Part shown: positions 45,401 to 54,707 of the stretch, piece by piece
How positions within the stretch are numbered: the first letter of the stretch is position 1
Layout: the number at the start of each line of letters is the position of its first letter
Made by a program: the position numbers and the translations under genes
DNA from: a virus
DNA: 64,000 nucleotides
Reading direction: 5' to 3' (one strand)
Virus record (IMG/VR): IMGVR_UViG_3300027736_000020
Coordinates: 1-64,000 of that record
Notes under the pieces: model-generated
What the model saw: only the letters and a program-made list of their open reading frames with translations
Database searches by the model: none
Told to the model about the DNA's origin: nothing

Positions 45401-46712
45401 TTTGCCCTACTGATAAAAATCCGCTTGATACTGCAGTGACAGTCAATGTTGTTGCGGTAATTGATCCGGTAAAACTTGCAAAATTTGATGTTGGAGGGCT
45501 ATAAATATTTTTTTCTTGTGCGGCAACACTGTAATAGTAGTTTGTGCTTGCAGACAAGGTTCCAATACTATCACCAGTTTGACGAATATCGGTTGAAACA
45601 TAGAGCGCAGACGGCATTGCTGCTGCAGAACGATAAAACTTGTATCTTGTGGCACTTGGAATATGGGGAATATTCATTGAACACCAGTTATCATTGAAAA
45701 GTCTGGCTACGGGATATGTGCCAACGGATTCTTTTCCCAGCGAATCAATGCCAATAATGCTATAGAAATAAATTCCTTTTGCTCCCATATTATCAGAAAC
45801 AGTAAAATTTCCATCAGTGCTCAATGTGCCATCGATAATTGGAGAAGTTGAGGAAATTTGCCGGACAGTTGTGTTTGTTTCAGCAGTAATGCTTACAATC
45901 CCTGAACCAAGACTTCCAGTTCCGTCAATTGTTCCGGAAATAAGACGCATGCTTGTTGCGTTGGCACTGAAAGTGGTTCCTGTAACGGTCAGGGTTGCCG
46001 TGTAGGGTCCTGTCCCGGCAGATGAAGAAATGACAAGCGCTGTCGCTTTGCCACTCAACCCAAAATGCGGAGTTACGCCCGTATATCCAGAAAAAGTAAT
46101 CCCAGTTGTTGAAGGCACTGAGTGTCTCATCAAATCGGCATTGAGAATATTTTGACTTAATGTGGTCGGAATGACTGATGACCTATATATCCTGTATGCG
46201 GAATACCCATCTTGTTTTGACCAATACAATTTTGCAGTGGCGGTCCTGTATTGCCCGGAAGGAGCAAGGTATCTTGTAACAGGCTGGCTTTGATTCGCAT
46301 TATTATCCGGCTGAATTCCTGTGACGGAATAATATAAAGCATTTGTGTTTGCAGCAGGCAAGTTTCCTGCTTGATAGGTAAATGATATTCCGGGAAAAGT
46401 TACATCCTCAGTCGAATTTATTACTGTGGGAGATGGCAACATCAATCGTGAAAATACTACCGGACCGTATGCTTTGGAAGCAGGAAGAAGCGGCTTGTTA
46501 AATGCTTGTTTTACGGCAGTTCGAATCGATGATGCAACACTATCTGCAAATACAATATTATTATTGTATATTTCTGAAGATATGGCTTCAACAAGAGAAC
46601 GAATGACAGATCCTTCTGAAAAATCAGTTACTTGATCCGTATGCGTAATTATATGCGCAATGGCCTTTGCTGCAATATCCGGTTGTCTTTTGAGTCGAAA
46701 TGTTTCAACCAT
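42447..46712 (-). CDS. Baseplate J-like protein (P2 gpJ / Mu gp47), greatly enlarged
   Basis: VTDFSEGSVIRSLVEA, FNKPLLPASKAYGPVVFSR, NGTNNETEEEW...LSRGTKESIE, YKAAGIPVTI. Confidence 0.88.
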   Translation of the reverse strand: MVETFRLKRQPDIAAKAIAHIITHTDQVTDFSEGSVIRSLVEAISSEIYNNNIVFADSVASSIRTAVKQAFNKPLLPASKAYGPVVFSRLMLPSPTVINSTEDVTFPGISFTYQAGNLPAANTNALYYSVTGIQPDNNANQSQPVTRYLAPSGQYRTATAKLYWSKQDGYSAYRIYRSSVIPTTLSQNILNADLMRHSVPSTTGITFSGYTGVTPHFGLSGKATALVISSSAGTGPYTATLTVTGTTFSANATSMRLISGTIDGTGSLGSGIVSITAETNTTVRQISSTSPIIDGTLSTDGNFTVSDNMGAKGIYFYSIIGIDSLGKESVGTYPVARLFNDNWCSMNIPHIPSATRYKFYRSAAAMPSALYVSTDIRQTGDSIGTLSASTNYYYSVAAQEKNIYSPPTSNFASFTGSITATTLTVTAVSSGFLSVGQTIVINGTNGSTITGYLTGSGGIGTYNIFPALATAVPSTFMESRSYATTPASSSSVGSANLVTRLSLPLTKYANKYVFSKSTSPDMSNATEFSVPINSPLIGTPGTISIGTPYSLGSNTAGTYAYYVSCVIKNTGTYTNGKYVSVPYEIESDKIACASTVTLTASQQVVVSWGATSDVAVTHYRVYRTASNSGTYQWADVASSLVSLTDSGSVFSSSSSSAENLSFAANIATGGITTNGTLWTVTHSAGYTFPIGTSVTLSGLTPNAYNGTYVVNTSSATTITISNASAPGAVTVGGLVTSNDATPRLTIKDTGNFQETISSWPTQQSPMANCVSYENAYMHSGQISGVFSNTSGPGPSVSSGIVVTGSISPFDQSIIGDQLVFDEDNASGGDQGYGGIVTEWVSSASIKTPLSTYKNITSSSTPTSITSQAYTISPLKTQTNYSAGTISVASSATTVTGVSTGWNTSMLGALLVVRSTSAPTLAPERTISSISSPTSLTLSSLVSSTAFSGVSYSIKINSLNLLSWTTDVWPYSCIIEYKKLTTSLTSAFNGIYYYYEDNGFFPTLASIGQIFNSFPSSNTAQLATGDLVIPAGTIVRVPSTSKTYSLADSITLLSTSNYTSGTDTVVATSSGTSFNTAKNTITEILTTVYGISSVTNASSLSNGTNNETEEEWTTRFEKVVKSLSRGTKESIEEGAKNAQLTDNAGYITEQITKSLSTETSSNNILLYVGNGTSSSVSADLLLKCKTIIEGYTDNTSGIIYPGYKAAGIPVTIQSAAFQTQDFSISATVDYGYKIDLLSTEIFITVSDYINELDISDGFGIPTITLAGIGSGIASTTHQYMAVCIDDKGNKSFPSVSKSITGTYSSIKISFSKPANGPTLASVDILKWNGSSWVYLTNKVYSSDSAQWYYTDLFDTNLNSAVIYEFVNPSLKYFQKSELTKRIMRIPGISAVTISALDSSSIDQNIIVPLRGSLLKLGTCEIR

Positions 46713-46727
46713 AAAAATTCCTCATAT

Positions 46728-48149
46728 TTATATCCCGATGAGTACAGGATACAGATTTACCACAGTAAAATTTTCAGACAATCGAACATAAATGTTATCT
46801 GCTATTATAGCAGCTGAAGTTGCATCATAACGAACATCCATGCTTACAATGCCGGAAACGCGTTCATCTGACATTATTGTGGAATAAATGCTGTCCTTTG
46901 TCGCCTTGACAATTGACGGCGAATACTTTGATCCCACATATTGTATTGCAGCATTTCCGTACGCAGGAAAGGCTTTCAATGATCCATATTTTGTTTTTAT
47001 TTTGTTGTTCAGCGCCTGAATGACATTATCCCGCCCAGAAATTGTCGTGAGATCTGTGGATGAATTTCCGAGAAAAGTTATTTGTCCGCTTGAATCAATT
47101 TTTATGTCTCTTCCGTAAGAATCAATTTGCGTTGAAGAATAGGCATTCAATATTTGCGAAGAGCTACTTCCGTAAACAGGGATTTGTATCTTGTCTCCAG
47201 TTTTCAAGACATACGTGTCATCATAGATTGCTGGATAAAAAAACATCTTTGTTCCAGAAGGATAATAATCATTTATTCCTTTTTTCGGTTTTCCCAAATA
47301 TGATAAGCTCTCTTGGAGCTGAGGATTCTTTGATCCAGTAACAGGAAGTGATGTATTCAAAAGAGTAATGGAAAGTGTTCCAGACGGTGCAGATATATTC
47401 CCTTGAAAATACAAAGAAGAATTAGAAAAATCTGAAAGAGCATAATCTATTTTTGCCACATAGACATTGACGGAATTTGCTCCGTCTGGCCATACAGAAG
47501 GAGCGGAAAAAACAATAGTGGAATTTGCCGCAGGAATAAAATACTCCTTTGCATACGATTGTCCATACAATTTTTCATTGAAAGGAGCAGGTATTGTTTC
47601 ATTTCCATCACCGGAAACGTATGAGTAAGTGAGGTAATACTTATCAGCAGAAGACGTTGCCTCAGTGTAGGAAAATAAATGTGCATTGATTGCACTTATT
47701 GATGGCGGAATAACAACGGCGCTTTCAAATTCTATGTAAAAATATCCATCAGGAATGTTTGGATAGTCTATGGTTTTCTCAAAATAGACATTTCTTATGG
47801 TAATAGTATCATGAGAGTAATCACCATTTTGAAGATATTTTTTCAAGAATATCTTGTTATCAGAAACCAAAACGCTTTTGCTGATTTTTCCCGCAGAAGA
47901 ACTTTGCTGGCTCGAATATAAATACTTTGGAAGCAAAAGGGAAGTTGTGCCTTTTTTCATTTCTTCTGGAATATAAATGGTTCCGCTTGGATTTCCCAAT
48001 TGATCTTCGGGATTATCTGATATATAGGGATTTCTCAATCTGTTTAATGATGCAATAACTGGCCATTGTTTTTCGTCGCCAAGATATTTTTGTGCAATAC
48101 TTTGGATTGTATCTCCACTGTAAATAACTTCTGTCTTGTATTTGGCCAT
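46728..48149 (-). CDS. LysM + gp25/GpW-like baseplate wedge protein
   Basis: N-terminal SGDTIQSIAQKYLGD...IASLNRL (LysM); C-terminal YGRDIKID...SGRDNVIQAL...PAYGN...SDERV. Confidence 0.8.
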   Translation of the reverse strand: MAKYKTEVIYSGDTIQSIAQKYLGDEKQWPVIASLNRLRNPYISDNPEDQLGNPSGTIYIPEEMKKGTTSLLLPKYLYSSQQSSSAGKISKSVLVSDNKIFLKKYLQNGDYSHDTITIRNVYFEKTIDYPNIPDGYFYIEFESAVVIPPSISAINAHLFSYTEATSSADKYYLTYSYVSGDGNETIPAPFNEKLYGQSYAKEYFIPAANSTIVFSAPSVWPDGANSVNVYVAKIDYALSDFSNSSLYFQGNISAPSGTLSITLLNTSLPVTGSKNPQLQESLSYLGKPKKGINDYYPSGTKMFFYPAIYDDTYVLKTGDKIQIPVYGSSSSQILNAYSSTQIDSYGRDIKIDSSGQITFLGNSSTDLTTISGRDNVIQALNNKIKTKYGSLKAFPAYGNAAIQYVGSKYSPSIVKATKDSIYSTIMSDERVSGIVSMDVRYDATSAAIIADNIYVRLSENFTVVNLYPVLIGI

Positions 48150-48154
48150 CTACA

Positions 48155-48727
48155 TCATATCCTGATAATCATTGTACCATACAGCATTCTTCGCAATATA
48201 TTTTTTGGATTAAAGGAAGGAAGATCCGTTCCACTTGAAAGAATATTGGCAACAAGATCCCAGCTTTCTATGATTTCAAGGCAAGATAGGGCATCAGCGG
48301 TAAAGGTAATTGACGCTGAACCTGATGATCCCTTTTTAGGCAAGTTTTTTTCTGATGCAGTCAATTTCATCTGCAGCATGAGATCATAGACATATTGCAA
48401 GGATTTGGCAAAATATATTTCCTGCTCTATTGTTCCACTGATATTGCTTGTTGATGTTGTCTGATCTATGCCGTTTATTTCAAGCTGAACATGGGAAAGA
48501 CATTTATAGATAGCTCCACAAACACGCGCAGACATGATGCGAAAATCTGCCGTGTGATATTTTTGTGTCGCCCAGCATTTTTTCATGAACAAAACAGTTT
48601 GATCAATTTCAGGATGATATTCAATCAAATCCTGTATTTCTCTTGGAAGATCATTATAAGAAAACGACGATGTTGAGGTGGATGAATTGGCAAATGATCC
48701 TTTGGAAATTCCCATAGATGGCAGCAT
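48155..48727 (-). CDS. Hypothetical protein in the baseplate cluster
   Basis: 190-aa ORF filling the gap between tube-initiator and gp25-like genes. Confidence 0.65.
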   Translation of the reverse strand: MLPSMGISKGSFANSSTSTSSFSYNDLPREIQDLIEYHPEIDQTVLFMKKCWATQKYHTADFRIMSARVCGAIYKCLSHVQLEINGIDQTTSTSNISGTIEQEIYFAKSLQYVYDLMLQMKLTASEKNLPKKGSSGSASITFTADALSCLEIIESWDLVANILSSGTDLPSFNPKNILRRMLYGTMIIRI

Positions 48728-48754
48728 GATGTTACTCCAGAAAAAAAATTATTG

Positions 48755-50629
48755 CTATAGTATGCGTGGTATGCGTAATTCCGTACCCCATTCTAGTTTT
48801 TTCGTGAAGCTTTCTGAAATATTGCTTTGCACAGCAATCCATGTTGCAATTTCATTGATTTTTGATTCAGTCATATTCTCTAGATTGGGATATTTATTTT
48901 TTATGATTTCAAGAATTGTTTCCTTTAGGGCTTCACAATAGCCTTTATATGTATATTGCTGCTGTAAAAATCCATTAATATAGACCGCAGGTGACAATTC
49001 ATCCTCATTAAAGGTTAATTGTTCGTCATAATTCCATAATTTATTAAAAATATTTATGGCAAAAAGCAAATCTGTTCCCGATCCGTTAGGCAAATCTGAC
49101 ATGTTAACACTGTTGATCAAATGAACAGCATTTGAAACCTCAAGCACAACTGGGCCATCTGGATCTAATATGGATCTTGATCCAAGGAATCTGGATCGAG
49201 TCATTGGTCCAACGATTGTCTTGTTATGCAAATAGTCTATTTTCCCCCTGATTTGACTGTTTTTATATGATACATCATCAAGAGTAGTAAAAGGAGCTGT
49301 TGAAGCATTGAAATATATCTCAGAGTTTATTGAAGGTGAATACGCATTACTAGTAGTGGCAACCATTTGATTGGTAAAAACAAATCCTGTTATATTAGTA
49401 TTGTCTTCCGTTGCCGTCGAATGATACGTGTCAATAATATATGTTCCCACTAATCCGCTTCCGCTATTGATTTTCAGTACTTTTGTTCCAACAATGATGC
49501 CTTTGCCAACAAGTGTCTGACCTACCGTCAAAGGACCTGAACCCGAATAAACAACGGATATTGTAGCAACATTGCCTTGAACCGATCCTTGGCCAGCAAA
49601 TGTGTCCGTATACGCATAATCAGCATTAGGTATATTTGATGCTACCGCAGCAGTACTGTTTCCCAAAGACAGTTTTTTGTATGAATTTGGATTTGTACTA
49701 ATGGGAAAACCTGATGATATTGAATCGTAATACCTGAATTCCGAAAATTTCTGTGTGCTGTCAGGAGGATACCCAAAACGTTCCTTATATTCACTTATCG
49801 TTGGTTTGCTCGGTGTTCTATACGTAATATATTTTTCCGGAGAATATAAATCTAATTGATCCCCTTTAAACGTCGGCGAAGAAAATCCACCAGATGCAGG
49901 ACGAGTTGCATATCTTCCTGTATTAAATCCAAGCTGTCTTCCGTTTCCATCATCCTTATTCCAGAGTTGTGTAATCAAGTTTCTTCTTTTTTCCCTGTAC
50001 ACATCAAACTTGTGAAGATTTGTGGGACTTTTTGAATCAAGCGCCGCAAAAGAAAGTGAATACGAATGCGTCAATGGGCCCTTTGCAGAACGCTCCATCT
50101 TGAAATTCACAATGGTGACATCCCATTGTCCAAAATGGGGGCTGTCATTGAAATCAATGGAAAGCACCAGTCTTGTGCCTTGCGCATTGCCCACTTTGCA
50201 ACGTTCATAATAGGTGTCAACAAACTCCCTGAGCATGCTGAATTGAACCCATCCTATCGGTCCCTGAAGAGGGCTTGGTCCAATGGTTCCCGACATGGTA
50301 ATGGTTGGAAGTCCCGCTCCCAGATGATCCACATAGGAATCGCCGGAAAGAGTTTGATACACGCCAACTCTTCCCGGAATCTCAATACTCAATTGCGAAG
50401 GAGTCACATAAAATTCATGAAGCATGATACGTTCATTTTTTGAATCAAACATCGTAAGTTCCATGATGTTTGAGGCTTCAACCTTGATCATGTGATACGG
50501 AGCAAGACTTGCGCTTGCACTTCTTACGGTGCTATTAGGACGCAATACTTCCTTGTTCAATTTTCGATTGCCGTTGGGATCATCTTGCCAATAACTTGGC
50601 AAGTTAAACGGATTTGTTTGTTCGACCAT
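48755..50629 (-). CDS. Probable tail-tube initiator / baseplate hub-associated protein
   Basis: FYVTPSQLSIEIPGRVGVYQTLSGDSYVDHLGAGLPTITMSGT N-terminal domain; LysM-like end LEWGTELRIP; TATACT at 50653-50658 upstream. Confidence 0.65.
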   Translation of the reverse strand: MVEQTNPFNLPSYWQDDPNGNRKLNKEVLRPNSTVRSASASLAPYHMIKVEASNIMELTMFDSKNERIMLHEFYVTPSQLSIEIPGRVGVYQTLSGDSYVDHLGAGLPTITMSGTIGPSPLQGPIGWVQFSMLREFVDTYYERCKVGNAQGTRLVLSIDFNDSPHFGQWDVTIVNFKMERSAKGPLTHSYSLSFAALDSKSPTNLHKFDVYREKRRNLITQLWNKDDGNGRQLGFNTGRYATRPASGGFSSPTFKGDQLDLYSPEKYITYRTPSKPTISEYKERFGYPPDSTQKFSEFRYYDSISSGFPISTNPNSYKKLSLGNSTAAVASNIPNADYAYTDTFAGQGSVQGNVATISVVYSGSGPLTVGQTLVGKGIIVGTKVLKINSGSGLVGTYIIDTYHSTATEDNTNITGFVFTNQMVATTSNAYSPSINSEIYFNASTAPFTTLDDVSYKNSQIRGKIDYLHNKTIVGPMTRSRFLGSRSILDPDGPVVLEVSNAVHLINSVNMSDLPNGSGTDLLFAINIFNKLWNYDEQLTFNEDELSPAVYINGFLQQQYTYKGYCEALKETILEIIKNKYPNLENMTESKINEIATWIAVQSNISESFTKKLEWGTELRIPRIL

Positions 50630-50698
50630 GATTTACAAATTCCTTTTCAATAAGTATAACGAAAGATGAAAGAGTAAAAATGTCTTGATCAAAAATTT

Positions 50699-51685
50699 TT
50701 ACACTTTTGGAAATGCCAAAATCACAATTCCCGATCCTCCTGATCCAGAAGTGCCATAATGAACACCGCCACCGCCAGATCCCGTATTGTCTGTTGCGTT
50801 CGCTGCAGTGGCCTGACCAGATGCTCCGCCCCCACCCGCTCCACCCGCTACCGGATTATTGGGATTTGATGTTCCTCCGTATGCACCGTTACCGGCACAG
50901 GAACCTCCGCCGCCTGCTGCTCGCTGAATGGATGTTCCTGTAATGCTTGAAAATGCTCCAGCTCCACCAACACCCGTTCCTCCACCTCCACCAACATTGG
51001 TGTTCCCGCCACCGCCAGCTGTTCCAGCAGCGCCAGCGCCACCGCCACCGCCAGCAGCGCTATCAGTAGCTGATGAGGCCCCCCCATATCCTCCGTTATT
51101 TCCTTGACCAGCAGTTGCAGATCCGGGAACTCCTGATCCATTTCCGCCAGATCCTCCACCGCCAGATCCTCCCGTCTTTCCGTTGACTCCAGCATTGTTT
51201 CCGCCGCCGCCCCCTCCGCCTACAGAAGTAATTGTTGAAAAAGATGAATCATTTCCATTGGTGCCTCCTATAAAAGTGTTTACCACTTGCGCACCGCCTC
51301 CACCAACGACAACCGTGTAGGTTGTCCCCGATGTTATCCCTATAGTTCCCGTGCGATATCCGCCAGCTCCGCCTCCCCCTCCTCGCCAATTTCCGCCCGA
51401 GCCTCCTCCAGCTATAACAAGATACTCAACATTTAGATTTCTGTTTACGGAAATATTTGTCGTTGTCGAAACTGTTCCTGTGGCATTAAATGAATATGTA
51501 TCATAAAGTACTCCATTTCTAGATATTACACCAAGATATGTTCCCGTGGTTGTAAACACGTTTGGATTTGCATCGCTTAATTTTCTGAATTTTTTTACGC
51601 CTGTTCCTTTGTACAAATTAGAAATTGCGCGTTGAGAAATAGCAGATCGAGATATAGATGAGCGTGATGAAGAACTTATGCTCAT
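50699..51685 (-). CDS. Glycine-rich tail-fibre-associated protein
   Basis: VEYLVIAGGGSGG...GGGGAGGY...GSGGSGIVIL; start ATG 51685. Confidence 0.8.
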   Translation of the reverse strand: MSISSSSRSSISRSAISQRAISNLYKGTGVKKFRKLSDANPNVFTTTGTYLGVISRNGVLYDTYSFNATGTVSTTTNISVNRNLNVEYLVIAGGGSGGNWRGGGGGAGGYRTGTIGITSGTTYTVVVGGGGAQVVNTFIGGTNGNDSSFSTITSVGGGGGGGNNAGVNGKTGGSGGGGSGGNGSGVPGSATAGQGNNGGYGGASSATDSAAGGGGGAGAAGTAGGGGNTNVGGGGGTGVGGAGAFSSITGTSIQRAAGGGGSCAGNGAYGGTSNPNNPVAGGAGGGGASGQATAANATDNTGSGGGGVHYGTSGSGGSGIVILAFPKV

Positions 51686-51689
51686 AGTA

Positions 51690-52019
51690 TCACGGCCCCT
51701 GTAATCCATATGCGGTAATATGCACCGTTGCAGCGCTGGCACTTCCCACCAAATACCTATTGGTTGGATCAAGACAAATTCCCAATTGAAGTGCAACCGT
51801 ATCATTTGCTGCCACCGTTGCGGTGTATGCAATGTACGCTCCATGCGTAGCAGTTGAGTTTGTTCCTGTACTTAGTGTATATGTTGCAGATGTTGACGCA
51901 GTATTACATATTGTTATGCAATTTATTACCGTATAGGTACCGGCTGTAGAGCCATTATCTACAATGTTTGTTACTGCAGTGGCGGCCATGGTTCCTAATC
52001 TTTTAATTACTTCGGCCAT
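51690..52019 (-). CDS. Small beta-rich fibre adaptor-like protein, type 'xKRLG'
   Basis: Paralogue of 57633-57974 (KRLG, ICNTA.. SATY, YIAY..TV.ANDTV.L..G..LD.TN.YL). Confidence 0.8.
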   Translation of the reverse strand: MAEVIKRLGTMAATAVTNIVDNGSTAGTYTVINCITICNTASTSATYTLSTGTNSTATHGAYIAYTATVAANDTVALQLGICLDPTNRYLVGSASAATVHITAYGLQGP

Positions 52020-52031
52020 TTTCTTTTTCCT

Positions 52032-54062
52032 TTACGATGTGAACATGAACTGACGGTAATAGGTTGTTCCAGAAGACCAGCCAAGAGTTCCTGAGGTGTC
52101 TGTAGCGGCGAGGACTTGCCCAACGGTTGGGGATGTGGGTAATGTCATCCTGACTCCAGCATTATTTATTCGCATACGTTCGTATCTTGCATTAAATGTT
52201 TGCATAGAAATTGCAGAGACTGCAGCAGATTGCGTGGAGCTAACAGTATATGTTCCCTTTCCTCCAAGCACAGTTGTTGGTGTTTCAGTGCTTGTTAATT
52301 GATCGAGAATAATAAGTCCGGAAGGAAGTCCAGCAGCATTTACAATTTCTTGAAAAGGTGCAATAGTTCCTGATGTTATTGCGGATACCGTGAGAATTGC
52401 GCTATTTGATGGAATGGATCCAGTAAAACTTGCTGCCGTACCAGCACCATTTATATAAAAAACATGATTTGCTGCTCCTCCTGCTATATAATCAAGTTGA
52501 CTGCCAGATATTCCAAAACCGAAGAAATTTGACGCGTATGTTGATCCTCCATCCCAAAGAATTATTTTGTTTGCAAATCCTGCATAAGGAGCATATGACC
52601 ATGCAGTAACGGAAAGTGGGGGGGTTACTAACGATAGAGACACGGTTCCTGTTTGCAAAGGCCCAATGGTTGTTTTCCCAGCAGCAGTGATGCGCATTCG
52701 CTCCAAACCTTGAGACATACTTCCCGGATTTGTGTAAAACGTAAGATCTGAAGGAACACTCCCCGTTGCCACTGTTCCGTTAGAAATTCCGTATATTCCG
52801 GCACCTTCTATAAAATTTGTTCCATCATATCCTTCCCATGTAATATGACCCAAATAATCCCCATTAACAACGGTTAACTTTGTTGCAACGGTTCCGCGAG
52901 ATTTTCTTATACGAAGATTGGGAGCATTTGAATTTGCCCCGTTGGCACGAAGCAAATACAAAGACTCTGTTGATCCCTGAATATCTAACAAAGCTCCCGG
53001 AGCAGTGGTCCCAATGCCGACGTTGCCGGATGGATTTAAAATAGTTATCCTTGCACTTAATGATGGCGATAATTTACATAGACCAGTGTTATTAGTAGTA
53101 GGATACACAGTTGTTCCGTTATATGTAAAAATATGTCCAACTGCATAGACCGATGCTCCTATATCAGACCACCAAGTATTTCCCACAACGGTAATAGTGT
53201 ATTTTGTTCCGCTCACTAGCCCTGTTGTTGGATTAAATGCAGTTGCGCTATTATCTCCTTTATCATTTCCGTATAGTGTAATGCTAGATGGCTGATATGC
53301 CATGCCACCAAGGTAACTGTCGGGAAGTGTGGTACCACGAGGTGTATAAGGAAAGATAAGCGGCGCCCAAGAAAAATCATCTGTAGATCGCCCAATTGCT
53401 CTATATGCTTGACCTCCCGTATCAGAATATGAACCAATTTCTGTAAAAGCAGCTTTCCCGCGAACGTCAAGTGCTGCATCAGGACCAGTGGTTCCAATAC
53501 CGACGTTGCCAGCAGAAGAAAAATAAACCCTTGAAGTTCCTACTGCGACATTAACTGCAGATCCACTGCGAAACTCCAATCCGCCATTAGCTCCTCGAAT
53601 AGTATAATTATTGCCGCTTGCAGTAATTCCTGTAAATTGGGTTGGGCTAGATACTGATAAACTGGAAGGATTAGTTACGGAATATGTTCCATTCCCACCT
53701 GCTGTACCAGTGAGTTGTCCTGTAATAACTACAGTTGAAGAAAAACCGCTCCAATTAATTGTTTGTCCAACAGCAAGTGTACCTCCTGCTGACACACCTC
53801 CAACTGATAGTGTTGTTCCAGATACTGTTCCTATTCCAAACGCTGCCACAGAATCAAAATACAGCGCTGTTGACAGTGTTGATAATTCAAAACTATCTGT
53901 TCGCCGCTTCATTTGCAATCCAGCAAAACCAGTTCCGGCTATTTCTAATGTAGTTGCCGGACTCGTGGTCCCAATGCCGACGTTTCCCAATGAAACAGTC
54001 AAGCCATTGGGAAAATCGGGCGTAGAATTTACTAAACTTCTTGTTGGTGCATATCTTGTCAT
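52032..54062 (-). CDS. Tail fibre protein with GNVGIGTT repeats
   Basis: Three GNVGIGTT motifs; C-terminal VGQVLAATDTSGT; ATGA overlap with the upstream adaptor, start 54062. Confidence 0.85.
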   Translation of the reverse strand: MTRYAPTRSLVNSTPDFPNGLTVSLGNVGIGTTSPATTLEIAGTGFAGLQMKRRTDSFELSTLSTALYFDSVAAFGIGTVSGTTLSVGGVSAGGTLAVGQTINWSGFSSTVVITGQLTGTAGGNGTYSVTNPSSLSVSSPTQFTGITASGNNYTIRGANGGLEFRSGSAVNVAVGTSRVYFSSAGNVGIGTTGPDAALDVRGKAAFTEIGSYSDTGGQAYRAIGRSTDDFSWAPLIFPYTPRGTTLPDSYLGGMAYQPSSITLYGNDKGDNSATAFNPTTGLVSGTKYTITVVGNTWWSDIGASVYAVGHIFTYNGTTVYPTTNNTGLCKLSPSLSARITILNPSGNVGIGTTAPGALLDIQGSTESLYLLRANGANSNAPNLRIRKSRGTVATKLTVVNGDYLGHITWEGYDGTNFIEGAGIYGISNGTVATGSVPSDLTFYTNPGSMSQGLERMRITAAGKTTIGPLQTGTVSLSLVTPPLSVTAWSYAPYAGFANKIILWDGGSTYASNFFGFGISGSQLDYIAGGAANHVFYINGAGTAASFTGSIPSNSAILTVSAITSGTIAPFQEIVNAAGLPSGLIILDQLTSTETPTTVLGGKGTYTVSSTQSAAVSAISMQTFNARYERMRINNAGVRMTLPTSPTVGQVLAATDTSGTLGWSSGTTYYRQFMFTS

Positions 54063-54673
54063 CCGATCACCTCGAAGCCACAAATAGCATGAATGGCATT
54101 TGTTGTTCCGGCCGAAAGATATAAATAATCTGCTTCTTCCAGATAAATACTTGAATCCTTGGACAAAAGCACAAGGGAGGAATTTCCGGGAACAGTGACA
54201 TTCACAGCCAGTGCCCGTTCAACAGCGGGGTTTGTCCATGACAGTGTGGTCAGGGCACCTGCGCTCGCACTCGTTGTGCCCGTGACGGCAATACTGTAAT
54301 TTGTTCCGGAAATGGTAATCGCACCTACGGTAACGCCCGTTCCGGTGCTGATGGGGCTAATTCCTGACCCAGTGATGGTTATGGAGGCAGCAAGGAATGG
54401 TCCAGCAGACATGGGAACAGTCAACGTGTATGCTCCGCTCGTCACTGTTCCTACTGTTCCACTGGTAGCCGTATACGTTTCCGCAGCGCTATACATGTAG
54501 AGCGTGACGGTAGCCGCTGTTGCCGTGACATTCGAGGCGAGAATGGAATTGATCTTGTAGAGTTGGCCGCTCGAAGCAGGATTGGTCACAATCGTGCACG
54601 AGGTCGTAGGCACAAGAATGCTTGTCGTCTTTCCTCGTATTGCGCTTACTCCCATGATGTTTGGATTGGCCAT
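54059..54673 (-). CDS. Small adaptor-like protein, type 'MAxPNI', with an internal insertion
   Basis: Paralogue of 60678-61043 (GKT, KINS, VP.N..LVLLSK.S.IYLEE.D.L) plus an extra ~80-aa S/T/G-rich insert; TATAAT at 54698-54703 upstream. Confidence 0.8.
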   Translation of the reverse strand: MANPNIMGVSAIRGKTTSILVPTTSCTIVTNPASSGQLYKINSILASNVTATAATVTLYMYSAAETYTATSGTVGTVTSGAYTLTVPMSAGPFLAASITITGSGISPISTGTGVTVGAITISGTNYSIAVTGTTSASAGALTTLSWTNPAVERALAVNVTVPGNSSLVLLSKDSSIYLEEADYLYLSAGTTNAIHAICGFEVIG

Positions 54674-54707
54674 TTTTTTTTATTTCCTTGCGTTTTTATT
54701 ATAAAAA

